This document shows, piece after piece, positions 12,761-23,392 of a stretch of 64,000 nt of DNA. The position numbers and the translations under genes were made by a program. The stretch is from NCBI GenBank assembly GCA_965207455.1, contig CBDBMJ010000001.1, positions 256,001 through 320,000 on the forward strand, written 5' to 3'. This DNA comes from Bdellovibrionota bacterium (lineage in GTDB: Bacteria > Bdellovibrionota > UBA1018 > CAIPTA01 > JAALKR01). The notes beneath the pieces are model-generated. The model was not told the origin of the DNA. It saw nothing but the letters and a program-made list of their open reading frames with translations, and ran no database searches. Positions within the stretch are counted from its first letter, which is position 1. The number at the start of each line of letters is the position of its first letter.

Positions 12761-15700
12761 TCATTCCTGGTTATTCTCTATGAGTTCCACATTTAAGGAG
12801 AGGGACTGTAGTTCTTTGGTTAATACGTTAAAGGATTCGGGCAGTCCAGGTTCCAGAATCCTTTCTCCTTTTACGATGGCTTCATACATGCGATTTCTGC
12901 CGGTTACATCGTCGGATTTCACCGTTAGAAACTCCTGGAGTGTGTAGGCTGCGCCATAGGCTTCCAGTGCCCAAACTTCCATTTCTCCCAGTCGCTGACC
13001 ACCCAGTTGGGCTTTTCCGCCCAAGGGTTGTTGGGTGACTAGGGAGTAGGGACCAATGCTCCTTGCATGAATTTTCTCGTCCACCAAGTGGTGGAGTTTT
13101 AGTATATACATTACGCCCACGGTTACATCTCTGGCGAATACTTCTCCAGTGGATCCGTCAAAGAGTATGTATCGACTATCTTCGGGTAGTTCGGCTATCT
13201 TGAGGAGGCGATTGATATCATCCTCTGTTGCGCTGTCGAAGATGGGCGTGGAAACATGCAGTCCATTTTTCATGTTCTGTACAATTCGTTTCAATTCATC
13301 CGTGGATGCAGCATCTATATATTTATCCACCTCTGGGCTGGAATAGACTTCTTTAATCACGTCCCGCAATTTTTGTTGGGGGCAATTTTCAGCGAGCATT
13401 TGATTTAATCTTTTTCCTACTCCTAGGCAAGCGCCACCCAGCATGAGTTCCAGAAGTTGACCAATGTTCATTCTGCTGGGAACGCCCAATGGATTTAGGA
13501 CCATGTCCACAGGTGTGCCATTGGATAGATAGGGCATGTCTTCAGGGGGAACGATTTTAGATATTACGCCTTTATTTCCGTGTCTTCCTGCCATCTTGTC
13601 GCCCACTTGGATTCTTCGCTTAATGGCCAAAGAAATATGGATCATTTTAATAATACCGGGGGCTAACTCGTCACCACGCTTTAAACGATCCACCCTTTCT
13701 TCAAAAACAGATCGAACCACGTCCAGTTTTTTACGTGCCATTTGTACTAGCTTGGTCACCTTATCCTCTAGGGCCTGTTGTAGGGGAATGAAAGCGAGTA
13801 ATTCAAATTGAATGGAGTCTAACTGTTCTGCCGTAATAGTCTCTCCCTTTTCCATGAGTACTTTGGAGCCATCATTGGAGAGGAGGTCTCCCGTTGTTTT
13901 TTGACCAACCAGTATTTTTTTAAGCTCTTTAAGGGTGTCCTCCTTAATAACTTTTGCCTCTATGGTTTCGTCTCTTTTTAGAGCAGTTACCTGATCGGCT
14001 AGAATTTTTTCTGTTCGCTCGTTGGAGTCCGTGCCTTCCCGTGCAAAAATTTGTGCTCCAATGACAGTTCCTGAAATTCCAGAGGGAACTCTGAGGGAAG
14101 TATCCAGCACGTCGCCGGCTTTTTCTCCAAATATTGCTCGTAATAATTTTTCTTCGGGAGAGAGTTGAGTTTCCCCTTTGGGTGTTATTTTACCCACTAA
14201 AATATCCCCTGTTTTTACTTCTGCTCCAATACGAACAATTCCGCTGGAGTCTAAGTCCTTTAAGGCGTCCTCGCCCACATTGGGAATATCCCGGGTAATT
14301 TCTTCTTTTCCTAATTTTGTGTCTCTTGCAACACATTCTAACTCTTGAATGTGAATCGAGGTAAAGGTTTCGTTATGGATTAAGTTTTCATTGATGAGGA
14401 TAGAATCCTCAAAGTTGTATCCATTCCAAGGCATCAGAGCCACAACGATGTTTTGTCCAAGGGCTAATTCTCCCCGTTCCGTGGCTGGTCCATCGGCAAT
14501 CACATCTCCTTCTTTTACTTTTTGCCCTAGGCGAACCCGGGGTTGTTGTAGCCAGCAAGTGTCTTGATTGGAGCGTTGGTATTTAATTAAATTATAGTTA
14601 TCTAAGCCGGAAGTATCTTTGGCTGGCTTATCCCGTTTGATGGCAACTCTACCACCGTCCACACAAAATACGGTTCCATTATGCTTGGCCAGCACAATGG
14701 CACCTGAATCCCTTGCCACACTTCTTTCCACCCCTGTTCCCACTAGAGGGGAATGGGATTTAATAAGAGGAACGGCTTGGCGTTGCATGTTGGAACCCAT
14801 GAGGGCACGGTTAGCGTCGTCGTGTTCCAGAAATGGAATGAGGGAAGCACCAATGGAGGCTAGCTGGTTAGGCGATACGTCCATGAGTTCCACTTCTTCC
14901 GAGGGAACAAGGGCAAACTCTCCCTTTCTTCGGGCAGATACAATATCATTTTTCCCTAAACTCTTTTCTTCTATAATCTTAGAATCCGCCTGAGCAATAA
15001 CTTTATTTTCTTCCTCAGTGGCAGAGAAGTATTTAATCTTGTCTGTAAGATTACCGTTTTCTACTATTCGGTAGGGAGTTTCTATAAAGCCATATTCATT
15101 TACATGGGCGTAGGCAGACAAAGAGGCAATTAAACCAATATTTGGTCCTTCGGGAGTTTCCACGGGACATATTCGTCCATAGTGGGTGGCGTGGACATCC
15201 CGCACTTCAAAGCCAGCTCTTTCTCTCGTCAATCCACCCGGACCTAAGGCAGAGAGCCTTCGTTTATGGGTAATCTCGGACAGAGGGTTTGTTTGGTCCA
15301 TGAACTGAGATAACTGGGAAGAGCCAAAAAATTCCTTTACCACTGCACTGACTGGTTTTTGATTAATAAGATCGTGGGGCATGAGGGTTGCTATTTCTTG
15401 TAGTGCCATTCGCTCCTTAATGGCACGCTCCATGCGTACTAAGCCAATACGGTATTGGTTTTCCAAGAGTTCTCCAACGGCGCGTACACGACGGTTACCC
15501 AAGTGATCAATATCGTCGATCACGCCAATGCCGTTGTTTAAGTCGCATAGGTAGCGGACCGTTTCCAGTATGTCTTCTTTTTTGAGTACAGAAAGGTCCG
15601 ACGGAATATTATTGTGGGGAAATTTATAGTTTAGCTTGAGGCGACCCACAGCGGACAGATCATAGCGTTCCTCGTTGAAAAACATATTTTTAAACAGAAC

Positions 15701-16879
15701 CTGAGCAGCTTCAATCGTTGGAGGATCCCCAGGACGCATTCTTTTATAAATTTCAATGAGAGCCTCTTCTTGGGAGTTGATTTTGTCGGTGGCCAGGGTA
15801 TCTCGCATAAAGGTACCCACAGTTAAGAGGTTGGTGAAAATAACTTTAATGCGTTTAAAGGATTCTTTTAGGGTGACTAGCACTTCTTCCGTAATTTCAG
15901 TATTGGCCTCAGCAAGAATCTCTCCAGTGCTTTCATCGATATGGTCTGTTGCAAGGAACTTGCCCATAAGGTGTTCTTCTTCGATTAACATTTCCTTGAT
16001 GCCACTTTTTTTAATTTTTTCCATTACCACTTTTGTAAACTTCCGGTTTTTCTTTATTAAAACCTCTTTGGTTTTGGGGTCTACAATATCTATTTCAGCA
16101 CGTTGGGCAGCTAGTAGGTCTAGGTTCAACTCCCTAAAGATGCCTTCTGCTTTAAAGGTGTAGTTTTCAGCTTTGTAGAAATAAGCCAGTATGGCCTCTT
16201 CCGACATTCCAAGAGCGCGCAGTATGGCCGTGGCAGGCAGTTTTCTTTTTCTATCAATACGAACCCATAGTAGGTCTTTGTGGTCGAAATCAAAATCAAG
16301 CCAAGATCCCCGGTGGGGGATAATGCGTGCATTGTAGAGTAATTTTCCACTGGAGTGGGTCTTTCCGTGGTCATGGTCGAAGATTACCCCTGGGCTTCTG
16401 TGTAGCTGGGATACAATTACCCGTTCCGTTCCGTTGACAATAAAGGAACCAGAGTTAGTCATTAAGGGAATGGACCCCATATAGACTTCTTGTTCTTTAA
16501 TATCTCGAATGGTGCGATCTTCTCCCTCTGCCGCTCCCTCTGCCACTGGATCATAAACCACAAGGCGAACCGTAATCTTTAGGGGAGCAGCGTATGTCAT
16601 TCCCCGTTGACGGCACTCAGCCTCGGTGTACTTAGACTCCTCAAAAGTATAGGAATCGAATTCTAGGGAAGCAATTTTTGTAAAATCGCTAATGGGAAAT
16701 ACAGACGTAAAAACCGACTGGAGACCCACATTTTTACGTTCCTCTCGCTTAACATCCATTTGCAGAAAAGAGCTGTAGGACATCTTCTGCAACTCTATGA
16801 GATTGGGAATCTTAACCGCTTCCTTTATTTTAGCATAGGATCGTCGAGTGCAAGTGTTGTCTGTAAATAAAGAACTCAT
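12761..16879 (-). CDS. rpoB: RNA polymerase beta subunit
   Basis: [42 protein letters not shown]. Confidence 0.99.
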   Translation of the reverse strand: MSSLFTDNTCTRRSYAKIKEAVKIPNLIELQKMSYSSFLQMDVKREERKNVGLQSVFTSVFPISDFTKIASLEFDSYTFEESKYTEAECRQRGMTYAAPLKITVRLVVYDPVAEGAAEGEDRTIRDIKEQEVYMGSIPLMTNSGSFIVNGTERVIVSQLHRSPGVIFDHDHGKTHSSGKLLYNARIIPHRGSWLDFDFDHKDLLWVRIDRKRKLPATAILRALGMSEEAILAYFYKAENYTFKAEGIFRELNLDLLAAQRAEIDIVDPKTKEVLIKKNRKFTKVVMEKIKKSGIKEMLIEEEHLMGKFLATDHIDESTGEILAEANTEITEEVLVTLKESFKRIKVIFTNLLTVGTFMRDTLATDKINSQEEALIEIYKRMRPGDPPTIEAAQVLFKNMFFNEERYDLSAVGRLKLNYKFPHNNIPSDLSVLKKEDILETVRYLCDLNNGIGVIDDIDHLGNRRVRAVGELLENQYRIGLVRMERAIKERMALQEIATLMPHDLINQKPVSAVVKEFFGSSQLSQFMDQTNPLSEITHKRRLSALGPGGLTRERAGFEVRDVHATHYGRICPVETPEGPNIGLIASLSAYAHVNEYGFIETPYRIVENGNLTDKIKYFSATEEENKVIAQADSKIIEEKSLGKNDIVSARRKGEFALVPSEEVELMDVSPNQLASIGASLIPFLEHDDANRALMGSNMQRQAVPLIKSHSPLVGTGVERSVARDSGAIVLAKHNGTVFCVDGGRVAIKRDKPAKDTSGLDNYNLIKYQRSNQDTCWLQQPRVRLGQKVKEGDVIADGPATERGELALGQNIVVALMPWNGYNFEDSILINENLIHNETFTSIHIQELECVARDTKLGKEEITRDIPNVGEDALKDLDSSGIVRIGAEVKTGDILVGKITPKGETQLSPEEKLLRAIFGEKAGDVLDTSLRVPSGISGTVIGAQIFAREGTDSNERTEKILADQVTALKRDETIEAKVIKEDTLKELKKILVGQKTTGDLLSNDGSKVLMEKGETITAEQLDSIQFELLAFIPLQQALEDKVTKLVQMARKKLDVVRSVFEERVDRLKRGDELAPGIIKMIHISLAIKRRIQVGDKMAGRHGNKGVISKIVPPEDMPYLSNGTPVDMVLNPLGVPSRMNIGQLLELMLGGACLGVGKRLNQMLAENCPQQKLRDVIKEVYSSPEVDKYIDAASTDELKRIVQNMKNGLHVSTPIFDSATEDDINRLLKIAELPEDSRYILFDGSTGEVFARDVTVGVMYILKLHHLVDEKIHARSIGPYSLVTQQPLGGKAQLGGQRLGEMEVWALEAYGAAYTLQEFLTVKSDDVTGRNRMYEAIVKGERILEPGLPESFNVLTKELQSLSLNVELIENNQE

Positions 16880-16940
16880 AGGTGGCCTCCTGTGTGGTTA
16901 CATGTGCGTATGGACATATTATTCTTCCCCCCGGTAGAAC

Positions 16941-16995
16941 AAAAAGCTGCAAGAAAGCTCTTCCAGCTTACGTTAAAAACTCTATGTGCAGCTTT
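16941..16995 (-). terminator. Possible attenuator/terminator hairpin between rplL and rpoB
   Basis: Inverted repeat AAAGCTGCA...TGCAGCTTT with inner AAGCT/AGCTT pair and a U-rich 3' end on the minus strand. Confidence 0.35.
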
Positions 16996-17026
16996 CGATA
17001 AATACAAAAATCTAGTCCAGTTGAGG

Positions 17027-17407
17027 TTATTTAACTTCAACTGTTGCGCCTTGGGCTTCTAGCTTTTTCTTCATCTCTGCTGCGTCTTCTTTGGAGACAC
17101 CGTCCTTTAAAGGCTTAGGTGCGGCCTCTACTAAATCTTTGGCTTCTTTTAACCCAAGACCAGTAATGGTACGAACCTCTTTAATAACGTTGATTTTCTT
17201 ATCTCCTATTGCCGCAAGTATTACCGTAAATTCAGTTTTCTCTTCAGCCGCACCTGCCGCTGGAGCGCCTGCCGCTGCCATTGCCATTGGGGCTGCTGCA
17301 GAAACACCGAATTTCTCCTCTAACTCCTTTACTATTCCAGACAATTCAAGAACCGACATTTTCTCGATTGTTGAAATAAGGTCTTCTTTATTCATTGCTG
17401 TTGCCAT
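17027..17407 (-). CDS. rplL: 50S ribosomal protein L7/L12
   Basis: [29 protein letters not shown]. Confidence 0.99.
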   Translation of the reverse strand: MATAMNKEDLISTIEKMSVLELSGIVKELEEKFGVSAAAPMAMAAAGAPAAGAAEEKTEFTVILAAIGDKKINVIKEVRTITGLGLKEAKDLVEAAPKPLKDGVSKEDAAEMKKKLEAQGATVEVK

Positions 17408-17445
17408 TTTTATGCTCCTATTTTGTTTTGTTTATTGTTCATATT

Positions 17446-17961
17446 CTAGCTTTCCTTCTTATCCGCGATTGCTTTTAATACACATACAAAATCACGTTGT
17501 ACTCCGTTGAGTACACCGCAAAAACTTCGTATGGGACCGTTCAATACTCCAAGTAATTGAGCGATTAAAACATCCCTTGGTGGAAGATCCGCTAATTGTT
17601 CTATTTCTGCCACTTGGATTACCCGGTCCTCTAAGAAACCATCTTTTAAGGAAAGAGCTTCCACAGTTTTAGAAAAAGTTTTTAAAATCTTTGCTTTTGC
17701 GGCCACATCGCCATAGCTGAAGAGTATGGCCGTGGGGCCTACTAAGTTCTCTACAGCTGCCGCTTTGGGGGTGTCCTTGAGTGCCACTCGCACAAGATTA
17801 TTTTTCACTATTAAAAATTTTACGTCGTCGCCCCGGAGCTGTGTGCGTAGGTTGTTCATCTCGTTGGATGTTACACCTTTGTAGTCGGCTAACAGAACAC
17901 CATTGGCTTTTTGGAAGGCTTCCTTTAAAAATTTTACTTGTTCTGCCTTTTGTTCTGTCAT
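17446..17961 (-). CDS. rplJ: 50S ribosomal protein L10
   Basis: DYKG.T, VKNNL, L.GPTA, LADLP.R..L; lies between rplA and rplL. Confidence 0.96.
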   Translation of the reverse strand: MTEQKAEQVKFLKEAFQKANGVLLADYKGVTSNEMNNLRTQLRGDDVKFLIVKNNLVRVALKDTPKAAAVENLVGPTAILFSYGDVAAKAKILKTFSKTVEALSLKDGFLEDRVIQVAEIEQLADLPPRDVLIAQLLGVLNGPIRSFCGVLNGVQRDFVCVLKAIADKKES

Positions 17962-17973
17962 CCCTTTATTCTC

Positions 17974-18681
17974 CTACAGGCTTTCCGTGGCACTGCTCAT
18001 GTTAATGGAAATGGGTGGTCCCATTGTGGTGGATATGGTAAGGTTTTTTAAATATGTTCCCTTGCTGGTGGGTGGTTTTTGTCGAATCACGGCACTCAAA
18101 AGAGCGGAAAAATTGTCCTTTAGTTTTTCCATGCCAAAGCTGCGTTTTCCAATCATACAGTGAATAATGCCACCCTTGTCTGTGCGAAAGTTAACCTTAC
18201 CTTTCTTTTGTTCAGCCACAGCTTTCTCCACTTCAAAGGTTACGGTTCCCAGCTTGGGGTTGGGCATAAGTCCCCGTGGACCTAAAATTTTTGCCACCTT
18301 AGAGACTGCAACCATCATGTCTGGAGTGGCAATGACTTTGTCGAAGTCCATCCACCCGCCAGAGATTTTTTCGACTAAATCGTCGGAACCCACAAAATCT
18401 GCACCCGCTTGTTCGGCCTTTGTTGCATTTTCTCCCTTGGCAAATACACATATTTTGGAGGATTTGCCTGATCCGTGGGGGAGGAGAATGGCTCCACGTA
18501 CCTGCTGGTCTGACTGACGAATGTCTAGACCCAGCCTAAGGGCCACGTCCACGCTTTCATCAAAGTTAGCGGTTGGCAGCTTTGTTGCCAATTCTAGGGC
18601 TTCCTTGAGGGAATAGGCCTTACCTATTTCAATAGCCTCGCTGGCCTTTGTATATTTTTTTCCGCCTCGTTTTGCTCTCAT
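17974..18681 (-). CDS. rplA: 50S ribosomal protein L1 (start trimmed to MRAKRGG; GGAGG RBS upstream)
   Basis: FDESVDV, LGPRGLMPNPKLGTV, STTMGP. Confidence 0.98.
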   Translation of the reverse strand: MRAKRGGKKYTKASEAIEIGKAYSLKEALELATKLPTANFDESVDVALRLGLDIRQSDQQVRGAILLPHGSGKSSKICVFAKGENATKAEQAGADFVGSDDLVEKISGGWMDFDKVIATPDMMVAVSKVAKILGPRGLMPNPKLGTVTFEVEKAVAEQKKGKVNFRTDKGGIIHCMIGKRSFGMEKLKDNFSALLSAVIRQKPPTSKGTYLKNLTISTTMGPPISINMSSATESL

Positions 18682-18691
18682 ACTTTCCTCC

Positions 18692-18723
18692 GTGGTCAAT
18701 CAGCTCTTATGAGAGCCTCCCAC
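18692..18723 (-). promoter_or_regulatory. Putative L1-binding autoregulatory RNA upstream of rplA
   Basis: Minus strand GTGG-GAG-GCTCT-CATA-AGAGC-TGATTGA-CCAC: two helices around an asymmetric internal loop, directly abutting the rplA RBS. Confidence 0.65.
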
Positions 18724-18730
18724 AAAAAAT

Positions 18731-19156
18731 CTATTTCTCAACAGTAATTCCCATGCTTCGCGCAGTGCCTTCTATTGTCTTCATACCGGCCTCCATACTG
18801 ATTGCTGTTAAATCAGGGCGCTTTATCTCCACAATTTCTCTTAATTGCTTTTCTGTAACCTTTCCTACTTTATTGCGGTTAGGAACACCAGAACCTTTTT
18901 GAATACCAGCCATTTTTTTCAAAAGAATGGGCGCTGGAGGGGTTTTCGTAATAAAAGTAAAGGAACGATCGCTGTAAACCGTTATAACTACAGGAATAAT
19001 CATTCCTTGCTGGGCCTTTGTCTTGGCGTTAAAGGACTTACAGAACTCCATGATATTTACGCCACGTTGACCCAAGGCTGGTCCAACAGGGGGGGCAGGG
19101 TTTGCTTGGCCTGCGGGAATTTGTAATTTAATCTGTCCTACTACTTCTTTTGCCAT
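18731..19156 (-). CDS. rplK: 50S ribosomal protein L11
   Basis: [27 protein letters not shown]. Confidence 0.99.
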   Translation of the reverse strand: MAKEVVGQIKLQIPAGQANPAPPVGPALGQRGVNIMEFCKSFNAKTKAQQGMIIPVVITVYSDRSFTFITKTPPAPILLKKMAGIQKGSGVPNRNKVGKVTEKQLREIVEIKRPDLTAISMEAGMKTIEGTARSMGITVEK

Positions 19157-19176
19157 CTCTTCTTCACCTCAAAAAC

Positions 19177-19872
19177 TTAAACTTTTTCCACCTGTACGAA
19201 ATCCAATTCCACCGGAGTGGAGCGACCAAAAATGCTTACTAATACACGCACCTTGGATTTTTCACTATTTACTAAGTCGACTGTACCGTTAAAATTAATA
19301 AAAGGTCCATCAATAACTCGAATACTTTCACCCTCTATAAAACTTACTTTTGGTCGAGGACGGCTCACGCCATCTTCCATACGATTGGTCATTCGTTTCA
19401 TCTCTGCTTCCGATATGGGCAGGGGCTTGCGCTTATCTCCCACAAAACCGGTGATTTTAGGCGTATCCTTGAGTAGATGCCAAGATTGATCACTTAGTTC
19501 CATTCGAACAAGAATATAACCGGGAAAGAAGCGACGTTTGGTGACCCGACGCTTACCCTTCACCAAGGAAACAACGGATTCCTCTGGAACCACTATTTCA
19601 GAAACCATACTGGTTGCCTTCAGGGAACAAACTCGCTCCTCAAGGGACCGCCTTGCATGGTGCTCATAACCAGAATACACATGCACCACATACCACTTAT
19701 GGGCAGGGTTGGAGGGACCTATGGGGTTTAGGGCTGCTTTTTCGGCAGCAAGCTCCTCTGGTGTCTTTTCTGGTGTTTCTCCAGCTGTTTCTCCAGAATC
19801 ATTCACAGGAGTTTCCTCCTTTGCTGGTGAGTTTTCTTTTGCGTTCACTTCTTTTTCCTCTCCCATAAACAT
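19177..19872 (-). CDS. nusG: Transcription antitermination factor NusG with acidic N-terminal extension
   Basis: WYVVHVYSGYE, FFPGYILV, KOW motif DGPF..F.G.V, IFGRSTPVEL. Confidence 0.97.
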   Translation of the reverse strand: MFMGEEKEVNAKENSPAKEETPVNDSGETAGETPEKTPEELAAEKAALNPIGPSNPAHKWYVVHVYSGYEHHARRSLEERVCSLKATSMVSEIVVPEESVVSLVKGKRRVTKRRFFPGYILVRMELSDQSWHLLKDTPKITGFVGDKRKPLPISEAEMKRMTNRMEDGVSRPRPKVSFIEGESIRVIDGPFINFNGTVDLVNSEKSKVRVLVSIFGRSTPVELDFVQVEKV

Positions 19873-19891
19873 CTTTTTTCACTAACCTTAT

Positions 19892-20263
19892 TTACATCAC
19901 TAAGCGTAGTAGGTAGCCCCAAACGCCATCAACGATCCAAAGTAAAAATCCAGCCACGGTGACGGCAATGAGTACTGCAATTGTGCCCTTAAATGTCTCC
20001 TCTCGACCGGGCCAAGTAACCTTGGAGAGTTCGGACAAGACCTCGCCCACATAGTTCTGGCAAGTGGCACTTTTATAGAAAAAAACATAGGAAAGTACAC
20101 CCAATGCCAGTGAACTGGACTTAAGGTACATGTCTAAGTCTTGGATACGACCTTCGAAATCCAAGGCACCTAGAATACGGCTGGCGAACAAAAAGCTCAC
20201 AAATGCGATTAAAATGGAGGCCGTTAAAAAACTTAAGCTCACCCACTTTTGATTGCTTTCCAT
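19892..20263 (-). CDS. secE: Preprotein translocase SecE (three hydrophobic segments)
   Basis: EL.KVTWP.REET motif; directly upstream of nusG. Confidence 0.92.
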   Translation of the reverse strand: MESNQKWVSLSFLTASILIAFVSFLFASRILGALDFEGRIQDLDMYLKSSSLALGVLSYVFFYKSATCQNYVGEVLSELSKVTWPGREETFKGTIAVLIAVTVAGFLLWIVDGVWGYLLRLVM

Positions 20264-20496
20264 AATTAAGAACTCCAAGACTCAACTCCCCTTTACTCTG
20301 AAGGAGAGGCAGGGGAAACTAAGACTCCCAAACTTATGGTTAAACACCATTTCTGAGGAAAAAGCTACCTTTAAATAAGTTTTTTGTAGATTTCCTTATA
20401 TTTTCAGAAGCGACGCACCATGGACAGGCTCTTCAGAACCCCGAAAGACTACCCATGTACCCTAACATCTCAAATTATAAAGGATAATGCGTTTAT

Positions 20497-21207
20497 CTAT
20501 AGACTGCTGTTAACTGTCATTGTCATCATTGGTCGATGAAATCCGCAAAAAATATCCATAGTGCCAGCCTCTTTCACATGAAGCATAAATGTAGAACCGT
20601 TATTTAAACTTCTACTTTCCTTGAATGTTAGCTCTGAATTAGGGTCAGGGCGCACGTTGTGCGGCAAAAATTTATCATTATGTGTGAATTTAATACAGTC
20701 GCCAACGTTTACATCTAGCGTATTAGGCATAAACATGGCATCTTCGAGACTCACTTCGTGTACCGTCCTAGTAAGGCATTCTGCCTCCACTGACTCTAGA
20801 GCCTCTGCTTCCTTTGACTCTGGAGTTTCCGGTCCACTCAAAGTAAGTTGCTGTTCAGTAACTTGAACTGTCATTTCCATATTTCTCCGATGAAATGAGC
20901 AAAAAATATTCATGGTGCCAGCCTCTTCAACAGCAAGCATAAATGTACTACCGTTATTTAAAGTTTTACTTTTCTCGAACTGTATCTCTGAATCAGATTC
21001 AGAGTGCACATTGTGTCGCATTGGATCATTGTTTGTGAAATGAATACAGTCACCAACGTTTACATTTAGCTTATTAGGCACAAACTTCCTGTTTTTGAGA
21101 CTAACTTTGTGTGTAGTAAGGCACTCTGCCTCCACGGATTCTTGAGCCTGCGACTCACTAGTAAATAGCACTAATGTGCTCAATATAGTTGTTAATAATA
21201 GCTTCAT
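20497..21207 (-). CDS. Secreted protein with two plastocyanin/cupredoxin domains
   Basis: Signal peptide; 2x F.PN.L.VNVGD.I.FT...HNV...IFC.FH...M. Confidence 0.85.
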   Translation of the reverse strand: MKLLLTTILSTLVLFTSESQAQESVEAECLTTHKVSLKNRKFVPNKLNVNVGDCIHFTNNDPMRHNVHSESDSEIQFEKSKTLNNGSTFMLAVEEAGTMNIFCSFHRRNMEMTVQVTEQQLTLSGPETPESKEAEALESVEAECLTRTVHEVSLEDAMFMPNTLDVNVGDCIKFTHNDKFLPHNVRPDPNSELTFKESRSLNNGSTFMLHVKEAGTMDIFCGFHRPMMTMTVNSSL

Positions 21208-21376
21208 TTTTCGTTCCTTTCTTTGTTGTGTTTTCGGTCAGGTGACATAAATAGCACAAAAGGGGCAGCACGTCAAGTCGAATATTCTCATTATTTTGCA
21301 TGATTTGTTGATCGACTTCAGGAGAAATCCTGTGGGAGTGGGGGCTTTAGGGGGGTTGTTCGGCTGGCTATTTTTT

Positions 21377-22390
21377 TTAGGCAGCGGGTAGAAATTCGAG
21401 GTTTTCAGTTTCAGCCTTGCGGGAGGCTTCTGATTCTTCCGCTGGTGCTTCTGTTGATACGACGGTAAGCCCCCCTCGTATCCTTGGATGAAGTTCACAA
21501 AAAATATCTATCGTTCCCGCCTCTTCGACTTGAAGAGTGAATTCGTGACTCGTGTCCAAGGGTTCACTTTTTGTAAACTGTATGGGTGAACTTTCTCTAG
21601 GAGCTATAGTATGCGGGACTGGGTCTAGATTTATAAAACGAATGCAGTCACCCACATTTACCTCCAGTAAGTCGGGTGAAAATCGGAAGCCCTGAATGAT
21701 GACTTCATGGCAGGCTTCAGGCTCTTCTATTGGTATTTCTATTGATGTGACGGTAAGCCCTGGCATTTCTGGATGAAGATTACAAAAAATATCTATCGTT
21801 CCTGCCTTTTCGACTTGAAGAGTGAATTCGTCATCGCTCCTCAAAGGTCTACTTTTTGCAAACTGTACGGGTGAAGTTTCTGTGGGAGCTACAATATGTA
21901 GAGTTGGGTCTAGGTTTGTAAAACGAATGCAGTCACCCACAGTTACATCCAGTGCGGCAGGTGTAAATTGAAAGTCCTGAATTTTGACGTTATGGCAGGT
22001 GTCAGGTTCCTCTACTGGTGCTTGTGTTGATGTGACGGTAAGCCCTGGCATTCTTCGATGAACATCACAAAAAATATCTATCACTCCTATCATTTCGACC
22101 TGAAGAGTGAACTCGTTATTTCTCCTCAAACGCTTACTTTTTGTAAACTGTATCTCTGAACTTTCTCTGGGGGCTACAGTATGTGTGGCTGAATCCATGT
22201 TTGTAAAATGAATGCAGTCACCCACGTTAACTTCCAGTTCGGCAGGTATAAATTTAAAGTTCTGAATTGTTACCTCGTGTGTAGTAAGGCAAGATCCTAC
22301 GTCTCCTGATATTCGTTGATCTAGAGCTTTCGATTCGTTGCAGTGAAACAGCACTAATGTGCTCAATATAGTTGTTAATAATAGTTTCAT
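21377..22390 (-). CDS. Secreted protein with three plastocyanin/cupredoxin domains
   Basis: Signal peptide; 3x IQ.F.F.P..L.V.VGDCI.F.N.D...H...IFC..H. Confidence 0.85.
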   Translation of the reverse strand: MKLLLTTILSTLVLFHCNESKALDQRISGDVGSCLTTHEVTIQNFKFIPAELEVNVGDCIHFTNMDSATHTVAPRESSEIQFTKSKRLRRNNEFTLQVEMIGVIDIFCDVHRRMPGLTVTSTQAPVEEPDTCHNVKIQDFQFTPAALDVTVGDCIRFTNLDPTLHIVAPTETSPVQFAKSRPLRSDDEFTLQVEKAGTIDIFCNLHPEMPGLTVTSIEIPIEEPEACHEVIIQGFRFSPDLLEVNVGDCIRFINLDPVPHTIAPRESSPIQFTKSEPLDTSHEFTLQVEEAGTIDIFCELHPRIRGGLTVVSTEAPAEESEASRKAETENLEFLPAA

Positions 22391-22526
22391 TTTTCCCCCT
22401 TTTTTTTAATTAATAATTAATTAATTAAAATTGGAGCATGAGAAAATGAATGGATCAAGTCTCGGTGTGCTGTAAAATTTTGCTAAATAGGTTAATGGAT
22501 TGGGATGATTTTTATTTCAGGACTAG

Positions 22527-23141
22527 CTAGCGTTTCAAACATAACCAAGCAGGTCCAAATGATCGCCAGTGCGCAAACCAGAGGGGACCATGTTTTGTTG
22601 GGCAATTTGAAGAGGAATTAGTATAGACGACTGAGCATGTGTTGGTACTTCTGACCCAGCCAGTATTTCGATTGCAAGTATAACGGCAACTGCCGCCATA
22701 ACCAGAGGCACAGGTACCAGTATAAGTAGCAGGAGCAGTAAGTGATGTGGCGCCGGGTAGGGAGCAATTATTCGTAGTTAGGGCGGAGCAACTAAATCTC
22801 TGTATGGAGGTACAATTATTGCGAACTTTCCTAACTTTCCAACCATTATTAGGGTCTCCGCTTCTTGCAGAGATAAACGAGCACCTGTAGTTACAAGTAC
22901 CCGTAGAGCTATGAACGCAAGTGCCATCAGAGGAATAATGATGCTGTATACGAGGTATGGAGCAATTATTCACAGTTGTAGCATCGCAATACCTCGACCC
23001 TATCCTCCCATAGGCAGGGTTAGAGAGTGCGAGGAGGACTAAAAGAAAGAGGTACCTGAGTAGAGGCAGTCGAGAAAAATCTTTAAATATTTGAAAATAA
23101 AGAATATTTCTTCTTTTCTGGCCAAGTAAAAGATGTGCCAT
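22527..23141 (-). CDS. Cysteine-rich secreted protein with two internal repeats
   Basis: GGAGG RBS; hydrophobic stretch ending AYG; 2x C.A.T.NNCS.P...GTC.....G.C.Y.C...GW. Confidence 0.7.
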   Translation of the reverse strand: MAHLLLGQKRRNILYFQIFKDFSRLPLLRYLFLLVLLALSNPAYGRIGSRYCDATTVNNCSIPRIQHHYSSDGTCVHSSTGTCNYRCSFISARSGDPNNGWKVRKVRNNCTSIQRFSCSALTTNNCSLPGATSLTAPATYTGTCASGYGGSCRYTCNRNTGWVRSTNTCSVVYTNSSSNCPTKHGPLWFAHWRSFGPAWLCLKR

Positions 23142-23392
23142 AGGCTTAATGCCTCCTTTCTCTATATTGTATTATAGTGGTCGGGAACTATCAAGATATT
23201 TGAGCCTGTTGTTCTCCTTTAAGTACCCTAAAATCAACTCTTACAAAACATTGGGCAATAACCCCCGTTTTCAACTCTAACTATCTAATAATAAAGTGGA
23301 TTTTAATTGACCAAAAAAGTTTTATTTCGTTGGATATTATGATAAACTTAAGAAACAGGGTAATAAAAGTCTACAGTTTCAGGGGGTGAATT

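Noticed and set aside
15230..15340. RpoB rifampicin-resistance region, and the S12 streptomycin sites near 8350
   Set aside because: Both show the usual sensitive-type residues.
1..19900. Many plus-strand ORFs of 60-160 aa in the ribosomal/rpo region
   Set aside because: Antisense shadows of conserved genes, with no motifs of their own.
21400..22300. Repeated DNA blocks (CAAAAAATATCTATC, GACGGTAAGCCC) about 300 bp apart
   Set aside because: Explained by the three cupredoxin domains of one gene.
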